Below, piece by piece: positions 38,401 to 50,800 of a stretch of 64,000 nt of DNA. The notes below the pieces were generated by a model that ran no database searches, had not been told where the DNA came from, and worked only from the letters and a program-made list of their open reading frames with translations. Source of the stretch: a virus. A program made the translations under genes and the position numbers. Each line of letters begins with the position of its first letter. Position 1 is the stretch's first letter. The stretch covers positions 320,001 to 384,000 of the IMG/VR virus record IMGVR_UViG_3300028840_006907; one strand, given 5' to 3'.

Positions 38401-41400
38401 ATGCCTGAAAGAGTCCTAAGAAAATTTGGTGTGGCAGCATCAGTTGATTTTACCCTATTCGAAACAGATGGAATTAACTTTAAAACTGATGCAACGCATG
38501 CCTCCGGTGACACAAAAATAAGAAAAGACACGAGTGCTGAAGTAAATACAACAAATGGATTTACAGATCAAACTACATCATATGCAATAGCATTTACCTC
38601 TGCTGAACTGTCTGCTAAGAGAATATTTGTTGGAATTGTTGATCAAGGTACAAAAACTTGGCTCGATGATTATTTAATGATTGAGACTTACGGACATCCT
38701 CAAGCAATGCACCCCTTTGATCTTGGTGCTGATTTAACTGATTATAATGAGACCTGGAAATTTAAACAAATCGATATCCAGAATGATTCAGGATCTGCAT
38801 TTAGAGCACATTCAACGGGTAGTAGTGGCCATGGTATCGATGCCTCTGGATATGATTTAGGTCACGGTATATATGCCAAAGGTGGTAATACGGATGGTGT
38901 TGGAATTTTTGCTAAAGGTGGTGAAACCGGGCATGGCTTTTATGGAGAAGGAGGTGCTGATTATGGAGATGGTATTCATGGTGAGGCTGTTGGTATCGGT
39001 ACAGGATCTCGTAAGGGTATAGTAGGTATCGGAGAAGGTGGAAACGCTGGGATTTATGCTGAAGGTGGTAGTACTGGTCATGGGTTTAGTTGTGAGGGTG
39101 GTACCGGTGGTGCTGGTATATCTTGTCTTGGAGGTACAAATGGCCATGGTTTTCTGACTTCAGGTACTGGTACTGGAGAAGGTATTTATGCTGTTGGAGA
39201 TATAGGGATTTTTGCTCAAGGTAATGGAAATCCAGGTCATGGTATGAGCCTATTTGGAGCTTCTAATGGCCATGGATTACAGATCTCTGGATCTGGTTCT
39301 AATTTTAATGGAATCAATGTAGTATCTGCAGTGGGTGTAGGTATTGAAGTAAATGCTGGTACAAATCAAAATGCTATTGAGATTTATGGTAATGGTACCG
39401 GAAACGGTGTTAATATAGTTGGTGGTGGTACATCAGGTTCAGCTATGAATCTTACTGCAACGTCTGGTTATGCTATAGATGCTTCAGGAGGTGGAACTTT
39501 TGCTGCTGTTCATCTACAAGGTGGTACAGGAAATCCTGGTTTAAAAGTTCTCGGAGATGGTACAGGTGAAGGTCTCTATGCTGAAGGAGGAGCAACAGCT
39601 AATGGCATTATTGCTAAAGCGGGTTCTACCTCTGGAACAGGTCTTGTTTGTCAATCCCCTACTGCTGGAGATGGTGTAGCAATGTATGGAAAGAGTACTG
39701 GCAAAGGTCTTAGAATTACTGCTGATCAAGAAGCAGTGGCAATTTCTGCCGGTACCGGTATTGGAATTAATGTTATAGCTGGTACTCAAGGTATCAGTTT
39801 AACGGGTCTTGCAAATGAAGGATTAAAGATATTAGGTGCAACACATGGAATTAGTACAGCATCATTTGGAACTGGACATGGCATAGATGCTTCTGGTGGT
39901 GGTGCTAATGCAGCGGTTCTTCTAACAGGTGGAACAGGTCAGGCTGGTTTGAAATTGGTAGGTACGGGCACAGTTGGGCTGGATACGGCTGAAATCGGAA
40001 CGCCTCCAGCTATCTTTGATGGTACTGCAAGTCCAAGCATATATGCGATGCTTACGGCAATGTCTGATGCAAGTGGTGGTTCTGATTTCACTGCTAGTAT
40101 CGATAGTTTAGTTGCTATTTCTAGTCAGGTTGGAGGAATGTCCACAGATGTAAATGTAGTCTCTATTGATGGTCAGGCTACAAGTGGTAACAATGCAACT
40201 CTTAATTTGAAACAATTAAATATCGTTAATAATTCAGGATCAGCCATTGTCGCTCACTCAACTGGTTCTGATGGTCATGGTTTGGATGCTTCAGGTAATA
40301 ACAATGGTAGCGGAATATATGCCTATGGTGGTAATAATAGTAGCGGAAGCGGAATATATGCTAATGGTGGCTTACAGGGAACCGGTTTCCATATAATTTC
40401 TTCAGGAGATAATGCCTTACATATTGAAACTAGCGGATCAGGTTCTAATGGAATCTATGCTAAAGGATTTGGTTCTGGGCATGGCGTGAACTTTGTTGGA
40501 GGAGCTTCATCTGGGTCAATCGGTCTCAGAGCTTCAGGTGAGACAGCGGGTATTTACGCAAGAGGAGAAAATTCTACGAGTGGTGACGGTATAAAAGCTG
40601 AATCTGTAGAACATGGGCATGGTATAAATGCCCTTGGTGGTGAAGGTGGTGCTCCTCCAAGCGGTGACGGTATTCATGCTGAAGCCCGTCATGGAGACCA
40701 TTATGGTATTTACGCGGGTGGTTTTGGCTCTGGAAGTGGCATGTATAGTAAAGGTGGTTTATGGGGTCATGGAGTTGAGTTTAGAGGTGGGGATAATTCT
40801 GGTGCAGGTTTACTTCTTGCAGTAGATGGAACCAATTCTAATGGCTTGAGTATAACGGGTTCTGATAATAGTTCAGGTGTCTATATTGAAGGTGGTACAT
40901 CAGGACATGGAGTTGAAATAATAGGAGGATCAACATCTGGAAGTGGTATCTATACACGTGCTCTAAATAACGGAATGGGTATCTATGCAATAGGTGGTAA
41001 TTCAGCAGGTGATGGTATAAATGCTCAGTCCCCGGTAGCAGGTAACGGAATTTCAGCAACTGGTTCTCTTATTACGGGTAAAGGAATAGTCAGTACGGGT
41101 GGTATAGCAATGCAACTAGTAGGATTGACTGGAAATGCGCTTGATATGACAACAACTACTGGACATGGTATTCAAATAGATGCTCATGGGTCTGGGAAGA
41201 GTGGTATGTATATACAATCTACTTCATCCTATGGTATGACCGTTGTCGGAACCACTGGAGTAAGATTCCAAGGATTATCAGGTCCAGGTATTGATGTTAA
41301 TGCTATAGGTGGTAATGGTTTAAATATCATAAGTACTGACAATGATGGAGTACATATTGAAGCTGGTGGAAGTAATCCTGGTTTCTACAGTCAAGGATCG

Positions 41401-42318
41401 GGATCACAAGCAGGTATGGAAATTCGTGGTGGTAGTTCTGATGGAAGAGGTTTGTTGGTCCAAGGTGGTGGAAATAGTGAAGGTGCTCGGATTTTAGCTG
41501 GTGGCTCTTTCGATGCCGGTCTCCATATTATGGGCGGTGGGCATGGTTTACAAATTGAAGCTCAAGCCGGTAATTATAATGGTGTTAGAATTCAAGGAAA
41601 TGGGACTGCAAGTGGCCTATATGTTGCTGCTCAATTTGCTGGTTCTGGTAGTGGTGTGGAAATCAGAGGAGCTAGCAATACTGGTGGCCATGGTGTCAAT
41701 ATAACAGGTTTTGGAGGACAAGGGTTAATTGCTACAGGTGATTTGGGTGGTATGAATATAACATGTAGTGGATCAACAGGTGACGGTTTTTATGCTGAGG
41801 GTGGAGATCATGGCCACGGAATCCATGCTGTCGGTGGTGCTGGTGCTGCTCCTCCTCCAAGTGGCCACGGTATTCTGGCTGAAGCCGTCCACGGTGATTA
41901 TAATGGTATTTGTGCCATTGGTCATGATTCCAGTGCTGGTATCGCTGCTATTGGTGGATCTACTGGTCATGGTATTGAGGCAATCGGTGGAGATACAACA
42001 GGTGATGGTATTAATGCTTATGCTCAGACAGGTGACGGCGCTGGAATGCGCTTAAGAGGAGTTGGTACAGGCCATGATCTTGATGCTACTGAAGTCCTTG
42101 GTGGTGGAGGAGGAGGTACTCTAAATGCCTTAACTCTGGATACTGTAGTTGATGGCACCACATTAGAATATGCCTTTATGTTAATGATGGCACGAGTAAA
42201 TGGTAAATATCTTGTTAATGATCCAACGGGAGGAGATATAAGATTCTTCAGACGTGATAATACGACAGAATTAACTCGGGTTCATGTGGATACCGCAGGT
42301 AGAACAAGAACATTCTAA
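38401..42318 (+). CDS. giant glycine-rich repeat protein with recurring G-H-G motifs, predicted beta-solenoid fibre
   Basis: 1305 aa; AAGGAG RBS; dozens of ~12-14-aa degenerate repeats (TGHGFYGEGG, SGHGIDASG, GHGVEFRGG); larger duplicated segments around 38.95, 40.64 and 41.82 kb. Confidence 0.55.
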   Translation: MPERVLRKFGVAASVDFTLFETDGINFKTDATHASGDTKIRKDTSAEVNTTNGFTDQTTSYAIAFTSAELSAKRIFVGIVDQGTKTWLDDYLMIETYGHPQAMHPFDLGADLTDYNETWKFKQIDIQNDSGSAFRAHSTGSSGHGIDASGYDLGHGIYAKGGNTDGVGIFAKGGETGHGFYGEGGADYGDGIHGEAVGIGTGSRKGIVGIGEGGNAGIYAEGGSTGHGFSCEGGTGGAGISCLGGTNGHGFLTSGTGTGEGIYAVGDIGIFAQGNGNPGHGMSLFGASNGHGLQISGSGSNFNGINVVSAVGVGIEVNAGTNQNAIEIYGNGTGNGVNIVGGGTSGSAMNLTATSGYAIDASGGGTFAAVHLQGGTGNPGLKVLGDGTGEGLYAEGGATANGIIAKAGSTSGTGLVCQSPTAGDGVAMYGKSTGKGLRITADQEAVAISAGTGIGINVIAGTQGISLTGLANEGLKILGATHGISTASFGTGHGIDASGGGANAAVLLTGGTGQAGLKLVGTGTVGLDTAEIGTPPAIFDGTASPSIYAMLTAMSDASGGSDFTASIDSLVAISSQVGGMSTDVNVVSIDGQATSGNNATLNLKQLNIVNNSGSAIVAHSTGSDGHGLDASGNNNGSGIYAYGGNNSSGSGIYANGGLQGTGFHIISSGDNALHIETSGSGSNGIYAKGFGSGHGVNFVGGASSGSIGLRASGETAGIYARGENSTSGDGIKAESVEHGHGINALGGEGGAPPSGDGIHAEARHGDHYGIYAGGFGSGSGMYSKGGLWGHGVEFRGGDNSGAGLLLAVDGTNSNGLSITGSDNSSGVYIEGGTSGHGVEIIGGSTSGSGIYTRALNNGMGIYAIGGNSAGDGINAQSPVAGNGISATGSLITGKGIVSTGGIAMQLVGLTGNALDMTTTTGHGIQIDAHGSGKSGMYIQSTSSYGMTVVGTTGVRFQGLSGPGIDVNAIGGNGLNIISTDNDGVHIEAGGSNPGFYSQGSGSQAGMEIRGGSSDGRGLLVQGGGNSEGARILAGGSFDAGLHIMGGGHGLQIEAQAGNYNGVRIQGNGTASGLYVAAQFAGSGSGVEIRGASNTGGHGVNITGFGGQGLIATGDLGGMNITCSGSTGDGFYAEGGDHGHGIHAVGGAGAAPPPSGHGILAEAVHGDYNGICAIGHDSSAGIAAIGGSTGHGIEAIGGDTTGDGINAYAQTGDGAGMRLRGVGTGHDLDATEVLGGGGGGTLNALTLDTVVDGTTLEYAFMLMMARVNGKYLVNDPTGGDIRFFRRDNTTELTRVHVDTAGRTRTF

Positions 42319-42322
42319 AATT

Positions 42323-42358
42323 ATGGGGTAAGGAAACTTGCCCCATATAACTGTTTTT
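42323..42358 (+). terminator. terminator-like hairpin with GAAA tetraloop
   Basis: ATGGGGTAAG - GAAA - CTTGCCCCAT followed by ATAACTGTTTTT. Confidence 0.4.
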
Positions 42359-42382
42359 AACAAAGGCTTATTGGATTAGCTT

Positions 42383-44431
42383 ATGGCAGCATTTATGTTC
42401 AGACTTTGTGTACCTTACACACAAGTTCCAGGTGCAAATAAAACTAATTTCCCAGTACTTTTTAATGAGAGTATATCTGCAATTCCTGCCGGATTTTGGC
42501 CTAATATTTCTGATTCTTGTGCTTTAGATGTCCGGTTTTATTCAGATCCATTAAAAACTGTTGAATATAAAAGAACGATTGAAGAATATACTCCTTCAAC
42601 TTCTATTCGGGCATGGGTACAAGTTCCTACTTTATATGGGTCTGATAGTAGCACTAATAATAATATCTTTTGTGAAGTAGGTTCTGGTACTACAGCAAGT
42701 GATAATTCTATCTGGACAGATTTAGAAGCACAAAATATTCAGCATTTTGAAGATGATGTTTTAGATGATTCAACTAATGCAAATAATGGAACTTTAGTAA
42801 ATAGCCCTACTTATACTACAGGGAAACTTGGTAGAGCTTTAGAATTTGATAAAGATTCTACTCAATATGTAGTCTTAGATAATAATATCATGTTTAATGA
42901 TGATATTGTTGCGGAAGCTTGGGTTTATTTAAATTCTTATCCAGTCCATGTCCCAAATCCTAATTTTGAATATGCCACAATTGCCTCAAGAGGTACATAT
43001 TGCGTTAATTGGTATAGGGGTAGATCTCAATTTATCTTTGCAATAGATTCAACTGGACATCCATTTTTTCAATTAAATTATTCTACAGGATGTACTGCAG
43101 GATCTCGAACTAATTCTTATACTTCAGATGCAATAGTCCCTTTATCAACATGGACTCATGTAGCGGTTGTCTCTCAAGATAATACTTCGTTTTCAAGACA
43201 AGTAGATTTTTATGTTAATGGAGAAAAAAGAACTGATGCATCAAATGTTTTAATAGCTTTGACTTTTGATACTGTTACTAATCATCAAACACAAATTGGT
43301 GCAACATTTGAAGAGTGGGGTGGAGGAGGTCCTAGCCAAAGATGGCCTTTTGATGGTCGTATTGATGAATTGAGGATATATAGACAGAATCCATTGTTAT
43401 TTGATGATGGATGGATGCAAGCCACTTATAATTCTCAAAATGATCCTGATACTTTTTTTACTTGTGGTACTACACCCTTTTATGTTTTCTCAGATAGAAT
43501 TGCACAAGATGGTTTTAATCCTCCTGCTGATTCTACTTGGTTAGCTACATTTGGTGAATGGAATATCGGGGAGGAACCTCCATATATAATTACAGATCCT
43601 CGATATTGGGTTGCTCTATCGGATTCCACATGGAATGATACCGCTAATTGGTCGTATTTTTCTGGAGGTCCAGGAGGAGCACCAGTTCCTATTTCCAATA
43701 ATACTGTTGTATTTGATAATGGTGGAATAGGTAGATGTGATATAGATACTTCGGTTGATGTAAATGGATTTTATTGTTCAGGTTATGGAAACACTATCAG
43801 TCAAAATGGTTTTCCCATTTCAGTGGATTCATGTGGGGCTCTGTTTTGGTCTGGAGTTTTTGAAGGTAGTGGAGATGATATTAGGATAGCAGGAAATCTT
43901 TATATAGGAGGAGCTGCTAATTTTACCAGTACTGACCAAACTCTTTCTTGCGACTCTACATTTACTTATTATCCTACTGCATTTTTCGAACATAATAGTG
44001 GTATTATATCTCTTGATAATAGTGGTTGTATGATCGAAGCTCCTAGTATGAGAGCATCTACTTTACAATTTAATGCGGACCAAGCCCGTGTCAGTCAGAG
44101 CATGGATGTGAACGATCTATTGGTTTTAAATAGTGGAAGTGCCCGTCATCTTGGTGTGGGTGCCTCTATTAATTTAAAAGGAGATGCATCTTGTAGATCT
44201 GGTTATAATCAGTGGAATAATTTTAATAATTTAACGATATATTTAGATGGGACAGAACAACAGCAAATTAAAAATGAAATAGGTTGTATAGTTCCAACAC
44301 TTTATGTAAATAAAAATGTCACTGAACAAGTTGTATGTGATGGTGGTAGCCCTTTGAGAGTAAAAGGGGATTTTTGGGTTCTTGATGGGACCTTTAATAT
44401 GAATGGATTAAATGTACAAGTAGGGCTTTAA
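42383..44431 (+). CDS. surface/adhesin-like protein with DUF2341-like + LamG-like module
   Basis: 682 aa; N-terminus FRLCVPYTQVPGANKTNFPVLF...ALDVRFYSDPLKTVEYKRTIE and GRIDELRIYRQN. Confidence 0.6.
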   Translation: MAAFMFRLCVPYTQVPGANKTNFPVLFNESISAIPAGFWPNISDSCALDVRFYSDPLKTVEYKRTIEEYTPSTSIRAWVQVPTLYGSDSSTNNNIFCEVGSGTTASDNSIWTDLEAQNIQHFEDDVLDDSTNANNGTLVNSPTYTTGKLGRALEFDKDSTQYVVLDNNIMFNDDIVAEAWVYLNSYPVHVPNPNFEYATIASRGTYCVNWYRGRSQFIFAIDSTGHPFFQLNYSTGCTAGSRTNSYTSDAIVPLSTWTHVAVVSQDNTSFSRQVDFYVNGEKRTDASNVLIALTFDTVTNHQTQIGATFEEWGGGGPSQRWPFDGRIDELRIYRQNPLLFDDGWMQATYNSQNDPDTFFTCGTTPFYVFSDRIAQDGFNPPADSTWLATFGEWNIGEEPPYIITDPRYWVALSDSTWNDTANWSYFSGGPGGAPVPISNNTVVFDNGGIGRCDIDTSVDVNGFYCSGYGNTISQNGFPISVDSCGALFWSGVFEGSGDDIRIAGNLYIGGAANFTSTDQTLSCDSTFTYYPTAFFEHNSGIISLDNSGCMIEAPSMRASTLQFNADQARVSQSMDVNDLLVLNSGSARHLGVGASINLKGDASCRSGYNQWNNFNNLTIYLDGTEQQQIKNEIGCIVPTLYVNKNVTEQVVCDGGSPLRVKGDFWVLDGTFNMNGLNVQVGL

Positions 44432-44432
44432 T

Positions 44433-44780
44433 ATGAGTACAACATATATAAACGGTCATCTTCTTTTAGATGGGGATCTCTCTTGTGATGGTGATATCAC
44501 AGTGAGTCCTGCTGGAATTGTCAATCCAATTCCTGATCCGGATTTAATGAAAACATTCTTTTCATATCAATCTAATTCTTATATCACGGCAAATGGGAAG
44601 AGTAGAACTATGACCTCAACTACGGGAGATATTATTGTAAATGGGCTAATTGATGGGGAAGGATTTGGTTTTGAGTCTGACAGAGGTCCTGGAGCGAATA
44701 GTGCCTTAAAGGATTCTTCAGGAAATTTATTACCTGGATTCGGGGCTTCACATGCAAATCTTGGCGCTTTAAGAACATAA
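44433..44780 (+). CDS. hypothetical protein
   Basis: 115-aa ORF between two DUF2341-like genes. Confidence 0.4.
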   Translation: MSTTYINGHLLLDGDLSCDGDITVSPAGIVNPIPDPDLMKTFFSYQSNSYITANGKSRTMTSTTGDIIVNGLIDGEGFGFESDRGPGANSALKDSSGNLLPGFGASHANLGALRT

Positions 44781-44800
44781 CTAAAAGGTGGATCTAATCT

Positions 44801-47800
44801 ATGGCTTTTATGTTTAGACTAACAGTTGACAAGGATATGGTCGCCGGAACGGATAAGAGTAATTATCCTTTACTTGTTGATGACCGAGTAGCTAATTTTC
44901 CATCTTCATTCTTTTCGAATGTTGTTGATGCTAGTGGTTTAGATATTAGATATTATTCTGATGCAGCAAAATCAGTAGAGTATAGTAGGGAAATAGTAAC
45001 AGTTGATACTACTGCTCAAACATTTGAATCTTGGGTTCAAATACCATTATTATCTGCTTCCAGTGATTCTACTTTTTATTGTGAAGTGGGGGATGCCACA
45101 TCAGCTAATGATTTTACTATTTGGGATTCTCAAAACCATTATCGTGTATTTCATTTACAAGATGCTTCTGATTCAGGAACTTTACACGATCCTTTAATTG
45201 TAAATAATGCCTCATCTGTATCGAGTAAAATACAGAAAGGTTATGATTTCAGTGGAACCACTCATCATTTACAATGTACTACTAATCCTGATTTTCAGCA
45301 AACATACCCATTTTATATTTCTTCTTGGGTAAACTTAAGATCTCTTATAGTATCGCCTACATTTATTGATAGTGTCTCGTGTATATTTAGTCGTGAAGTA
45401 ATTTGTCAGACGACACTTAGGAATTGGATAGCTTTCAATTTTGGTATTGATAGTTCTCAAAGACTGTCTTGGATGTGTGGAGAAAATCTTTCTGGATGTG
45501 TATTGCCCGGACAACATACTGATTGGTATACTTCTGATAATACGGTTTCATTAAATCAATGGATCCATGTAGGAGCATATATTGAAAATTTATATACAGC
45601 TACTCCAAATCGTGTCGTAAAGTTATTTGTTGATGGGAGTCAGATACCTTCTACAGAAGGTAATCTTGGAGATATTGTAAATTATCACAATACACATAAT
45701 CTAGCTCAATTATCAAGGATTGGTGCTGGGTACCGGCAAACAGGTATACCAATACAAAATTTTGATGGTATTATTGATGAAGTAAGAATAGTCAGTGATG
45801 CAACTATATATTCTAATGGTGACTGGCAACAAACGGAATTTAATAATCAAAATGATCCTTCAACTTATATCTTGGCACCTGATACTACGGGGGTCTATTT
45901 TATTAATGCCGCTGGATCAAGTACTTATCCCTACGATACTGAAGCAAAAGGAGCTGTTAATTTAAAAGATTTACTTGATAGTGTTTCTCTTAATGATGGT
46001 GATATAATAGAAGTCTCTGATGCAGGTGGTACAATAGATGACTCTGCTGCTAGTCCGGGTAATATAAATGCCTCAGTAACAATTAGGTCTTATTCTGGAA
46101 ATACAGGTAATCCAACTTTTAAAGTTCGTGATAGTAGTTATTTATTTTTATTTAATGGTGTGACAGTAGATGGCGTTTATATTCAAAACATAGATATGTA
46201 TAAAGCCGGAACTGGTTCTACCTCTATCGCTTTCATTTGGTTTTTAACTTGTGATATATCAAATTTTGAAGTAACTAATTGTAACTTCTCAATAACCGGA
46301 ACTGCTGGCTCGGTAGCTGCTGTGGAATTAGACACTTCTGATCTTCATGGAACTTCCAGGTTTGAATATAATACAATAACTAAGATGAGTGCTGGACTAT
46401 ATATCAGAGACAATTGTTCTGTCTTTGAAGATTTTAGTGCTTCTTATAATACGTATAATGATATTAGTTATGGTAGTATTAAAGCTTTTCTTCTTGTCGG
46501 AACTCTAAGTACTATACAAAGAATTGTTGTTGATAATAATTATGGTACTGATAGTGGACTAACTTTTGTCTTTATGGCAGGTACTGCAGGTCAAACCTGT
46601 GATGACATTAAAATAAGAAATAATGTTATTAACTCAATGGATTCATTTCATTTTAATACCATAAATTTAGCTGCTCCTACTTTGACGAATTCAAGTGTTG
46701 TTAATAATTCATTATTTCAAGCTGGGGGTATATTTGTAAATAATGCTGATGCTAATCTAGTTGTAGCTAATAATACTCTAAGTCGAGGCTCGGAATCTTG
46801 GTTCATTTATGCTATTCAAGTTACTGCTGCAGCAGGAGCTTCTTTCAATAACAATAATATTTATGGTTATACAAACCCATATTTTGTAAGTGGTGGCATT
46901 ACATATGGTACAAGTAATACACAATTGGATCCTCTTTATGATAGCACTTCTAATCTCCATCTCCAAGCTGGAAGTCCTTGTATAAAAACCGGTGCAAGTT
47001 ACGGAGTCTATTCTTCAGTACCTACAACAGGTTATGATGGTACTGCCCGACAGAGTCTTGTCTGTGATATTGGTGCTTATGAAACTACTCCTAATACTTA
47101 TTTTGTAAATAATGGTGGATCTGCTACATATCCTTTTGATACTGAAATAAAAGGTGCTGTTAATTTCAATCAATTACTTGGTGTTATAACTTTATCAAAT
47201 TGGGATACAGTTGAAGTAAGTAATGCTGGTGGTACAATTGATGATTCGACTGCTTTTCCTAATTTTATTAATGCTGCGGTAACAATTAGATCATATGCTA
47301 ATAATACAGCCAAACCTGTTATTCATGTAAAGAATACTGGAGCTTCAAGAGAGAGCCAGTTTCGTTGGGACAACTATCCTACTGTTTATTCATCAGATGC
47401 TGTAACAATACAAAATTTACAATTATATAAATCAGGTCCAAGTCCAAGTCAGCCCTTTATAAACGCCCGAACATGGGATTTCGATACTTTAGAAGTTACT
47501 GGATGTGATTTTTCAGTGACTGATCCAACTGGTGCTGTAAGTGCTGTACAAGGAGTTTATCTTGATGATTGTAATATCAATCAGAGTTTTACTTATCAGG
47601 ATAGTGACTCTTCCGGTGTAGACGGTGCCCTTTGGATTACTGATACTACTACTAAAACTATACAGGGTGTAAATATATCAGATCATATTTTTGAAGGGAA
47701 ATATTTATTTGTTTATATACAACCCGATACTCTTTCTGATGCTACTATTGAAACTAATGATGTAGGAGGATCAATTTTATGTGCTGGAACTTCTATAAAT

Positions 47801-50800
47801 AGTAGTGTAGCTATTAGGAATAATGTCGTTCGAAGTGTTTCAAGTTTGGCACCTTTAGGAATTTATACCACTGGAGCTGGTCAGAGTGTTGTAAATAATA
47901 CGATCAGAAATATCCCAGTTGGTGGTTATGGTATAAGATATCTTAGTGGTGGTGCAAATAGTTATGTTCTCAATAATATCGTTTATAGAGATGATACTGT
48001 GGGAGCTGCCACTGGAATCGAAACTTCATTTACAGCCGGTGTCATTGATTATAACAATGTTTATAATTTTGGCACACCTTATGTTTCTGGAGCAGTCACT
48101 CCAGGACCAAATAGTATTCAAGTTGATCCAATTTTTATTAGTTCTACAAATCTCCGTTTACAAAGTAATAGTCCTTGTATAAGAACTGGTATAGGTAGTG
48201 GGACTTATTCTGTAGTTCCATCGGTTGGATATGATGGTAATCCAAGATCTTCTGCTACTGTTGATATGGGAGCTTATGAATCTCTTTTACCCTCTGGACT
48301 TTTTCCTCCTCCCCTACCTATTTACGGTAATTATGAAACACCTGTTTCCTTAGGAAGTGGATCAGGTTATTACCACAAGCCTGCTGATTATTTAGGGCAG
48401 GAAACTAAAGGTGGTGGAGCTATTAAATTAGTGGCAAATTCAGGTAATGTTAGTATTAATGGTAGAATCAGAATGGATGGTCAGGATGGGACTATGACCG
48501 GGGGTGCCGCTGGAGGAAGTGTCTGGCTTATTGGTTGGAGAATAGATGGGACTGGAACAATAAGCGCAGATGGTGGAAGGACTCAATTGGTAAGTAATTC
48601 CGGTGGTGGAAGTGGTGGCTATATTTCAATGTGGCATCATAAAACTATAACTTATGATGGAACTGCAACTGTTGATGGTTATGATGGTGCCGGAGATGGA
48701 AAGATATTTATAAAAGAAATTGAGCCCATTTTAGAAGAGCCTTTTACAGGTGATATTTTAAATATAAAATGGTGGGATACTACGAATTCTGTAACCATAG
48801 ATAATGAACTCACTTTTGATTCACCAAATGATAATTATAATTTCCCGGAGACTTTATCGGAATTTAATATTTCAGGAAAAGAAATAAATGTTGAAGCAGA
48901 TTATACTTCACTCACTCCAGACTCATCTCAGAATACGGCAGCATTTCTATTGTGGGTCGATGATTTAAATTGGGCAGGAGTGGCACGGAAATTTAATGGC
49001 TTTTTTGGAATATCCTCTATAAATGGGGCTGTCTCTGTTTCAGGAGTGCCTTTTGATAATACGAATGTAACTTTCCGTATTCTTAAAAATGATAGTACTT
49101 TTACATATCAATTTTGGGATGCCACATCAACTCCTCAAACTATTTATATGGATTATCTGCCAGAATTGGCAAATAGTGTATTTAAAGTGAAGTTAACAGT
49201 TGATAAACCTCCACTGGGTGATTCACTACGTACAAGATATCAAAGATTAACTGCATTTGATATTTCAAATCAATATCTTTATATGGATGGGATTCCTATA
49301 GATCAATCAGCCGTTGCTATGAATTCTATTACTGGTACATCTCATTACTATGGAGAAGATTTTTATGTAGATAATTATCTTTTGAAATGGGATTATACAG
49401 CTTCTAATTTTGCTTCCCTTGCAGCGTGGGGTGATGTTGTCAGATATCAATATGAATATAATGCTCCGCCAACAAATGAGGTTACTGTAGCTTTCGATAA
49501 TGTAAGAGTATATGAAGGAGTTTTAAGTAATGCAGAAACAACTGAACCGGTTATCTATGTTGATCCTAATTATGGCTCAGATACCTGTTCTGGAAGACAG
49601 CTTGATCCTTTGAAAAATTTATTTGTAGCCACGGCTTGGGCTAAAAAAGGAAGTACAGTTGTATTGTATGATGGAACTCATAATCCTACTAAAGTATCCC
49701 GCAAAGACCTGACCATACGAGGAGCTGAAGGAAGTATTGCTGGAATTACTTCGAAAAATGTCCAGGATTCAACAGGTTCTAATTGGGAAAGAGATGCTCT
49801 TTCATTTTATGGCAGTCAAGGTATCGTAGAAAATGTGCATATTTTTGATAGTAGTAGAGGTATTGTAGTTGAGAATGGTAATTATGAAATATCTCGAAAC
49901 ACAATTACAGATACAAGTAATGCTGTAACCTTCGTCAAATGTGATCCTAGAATTATCCGAAATAAAATTTTGGATGTAGATTTTGGTCTTGATTTTACAT
50001 CTTGTCGAATTGCTCCTTATGCTTATGCTAATATTATATCAAATGCAGATGTAGCAGTTCGAGCTAATTTAACAACTGATATGACTTTTTCATGTAATAC
50101 TTTTGACAATGATCAGACCCATTTCTTGATTGATTCAAGTTCATCAATTATTATGTCGTCAAATAATTTGACATATAGTGTTATGCCAGTCATTGTTTCA
50201 ACAGATTCATGGTTTGGTTCTTATTATAATAACTTTTATCCTAATACGACACAATATAATAGGACCCCAGATGATGCTACTAACAATATTGTTGCAAATC
50301 CTTTATACTATGACCGAATTGGAAAGGATTTCCATTTAAATACTGGATCTCCTAATATAGGAACAGGGTCACTTACATATAATGATTATCTCTATGATTT
50401 TGATGGGGCTGATATTCGTAGTGCTGAAATAGGAGCATACCAATATATTGACAGTACTAAAATAACAAGTGACTATTATGTATCAAGTCATGGTAATGAT
50501 TATTGGAATTTCGGAAGACAGACTGACCCATTCCGGACTTTAGATAGAGCTATGGTAGATGCTGATTCTACTGTCCGTATTGATGGTGGTCATTATGATT
50601 CATTCTATCTTAATCTGAGATCACAGGATATACATTTAAATCAACTCTATATTTATTTAGGACCGGAACAACAATTTGTCTCATATATCACTTTAGATGC
50701 AGAAGATGCTTCAAATAAATATGTTCCTTTGCCAAGTTTTGTTGCACCAGATGATGCTTCCCATGTAGCTATGAATATCATAGGAAGTTCGGCACAAATT

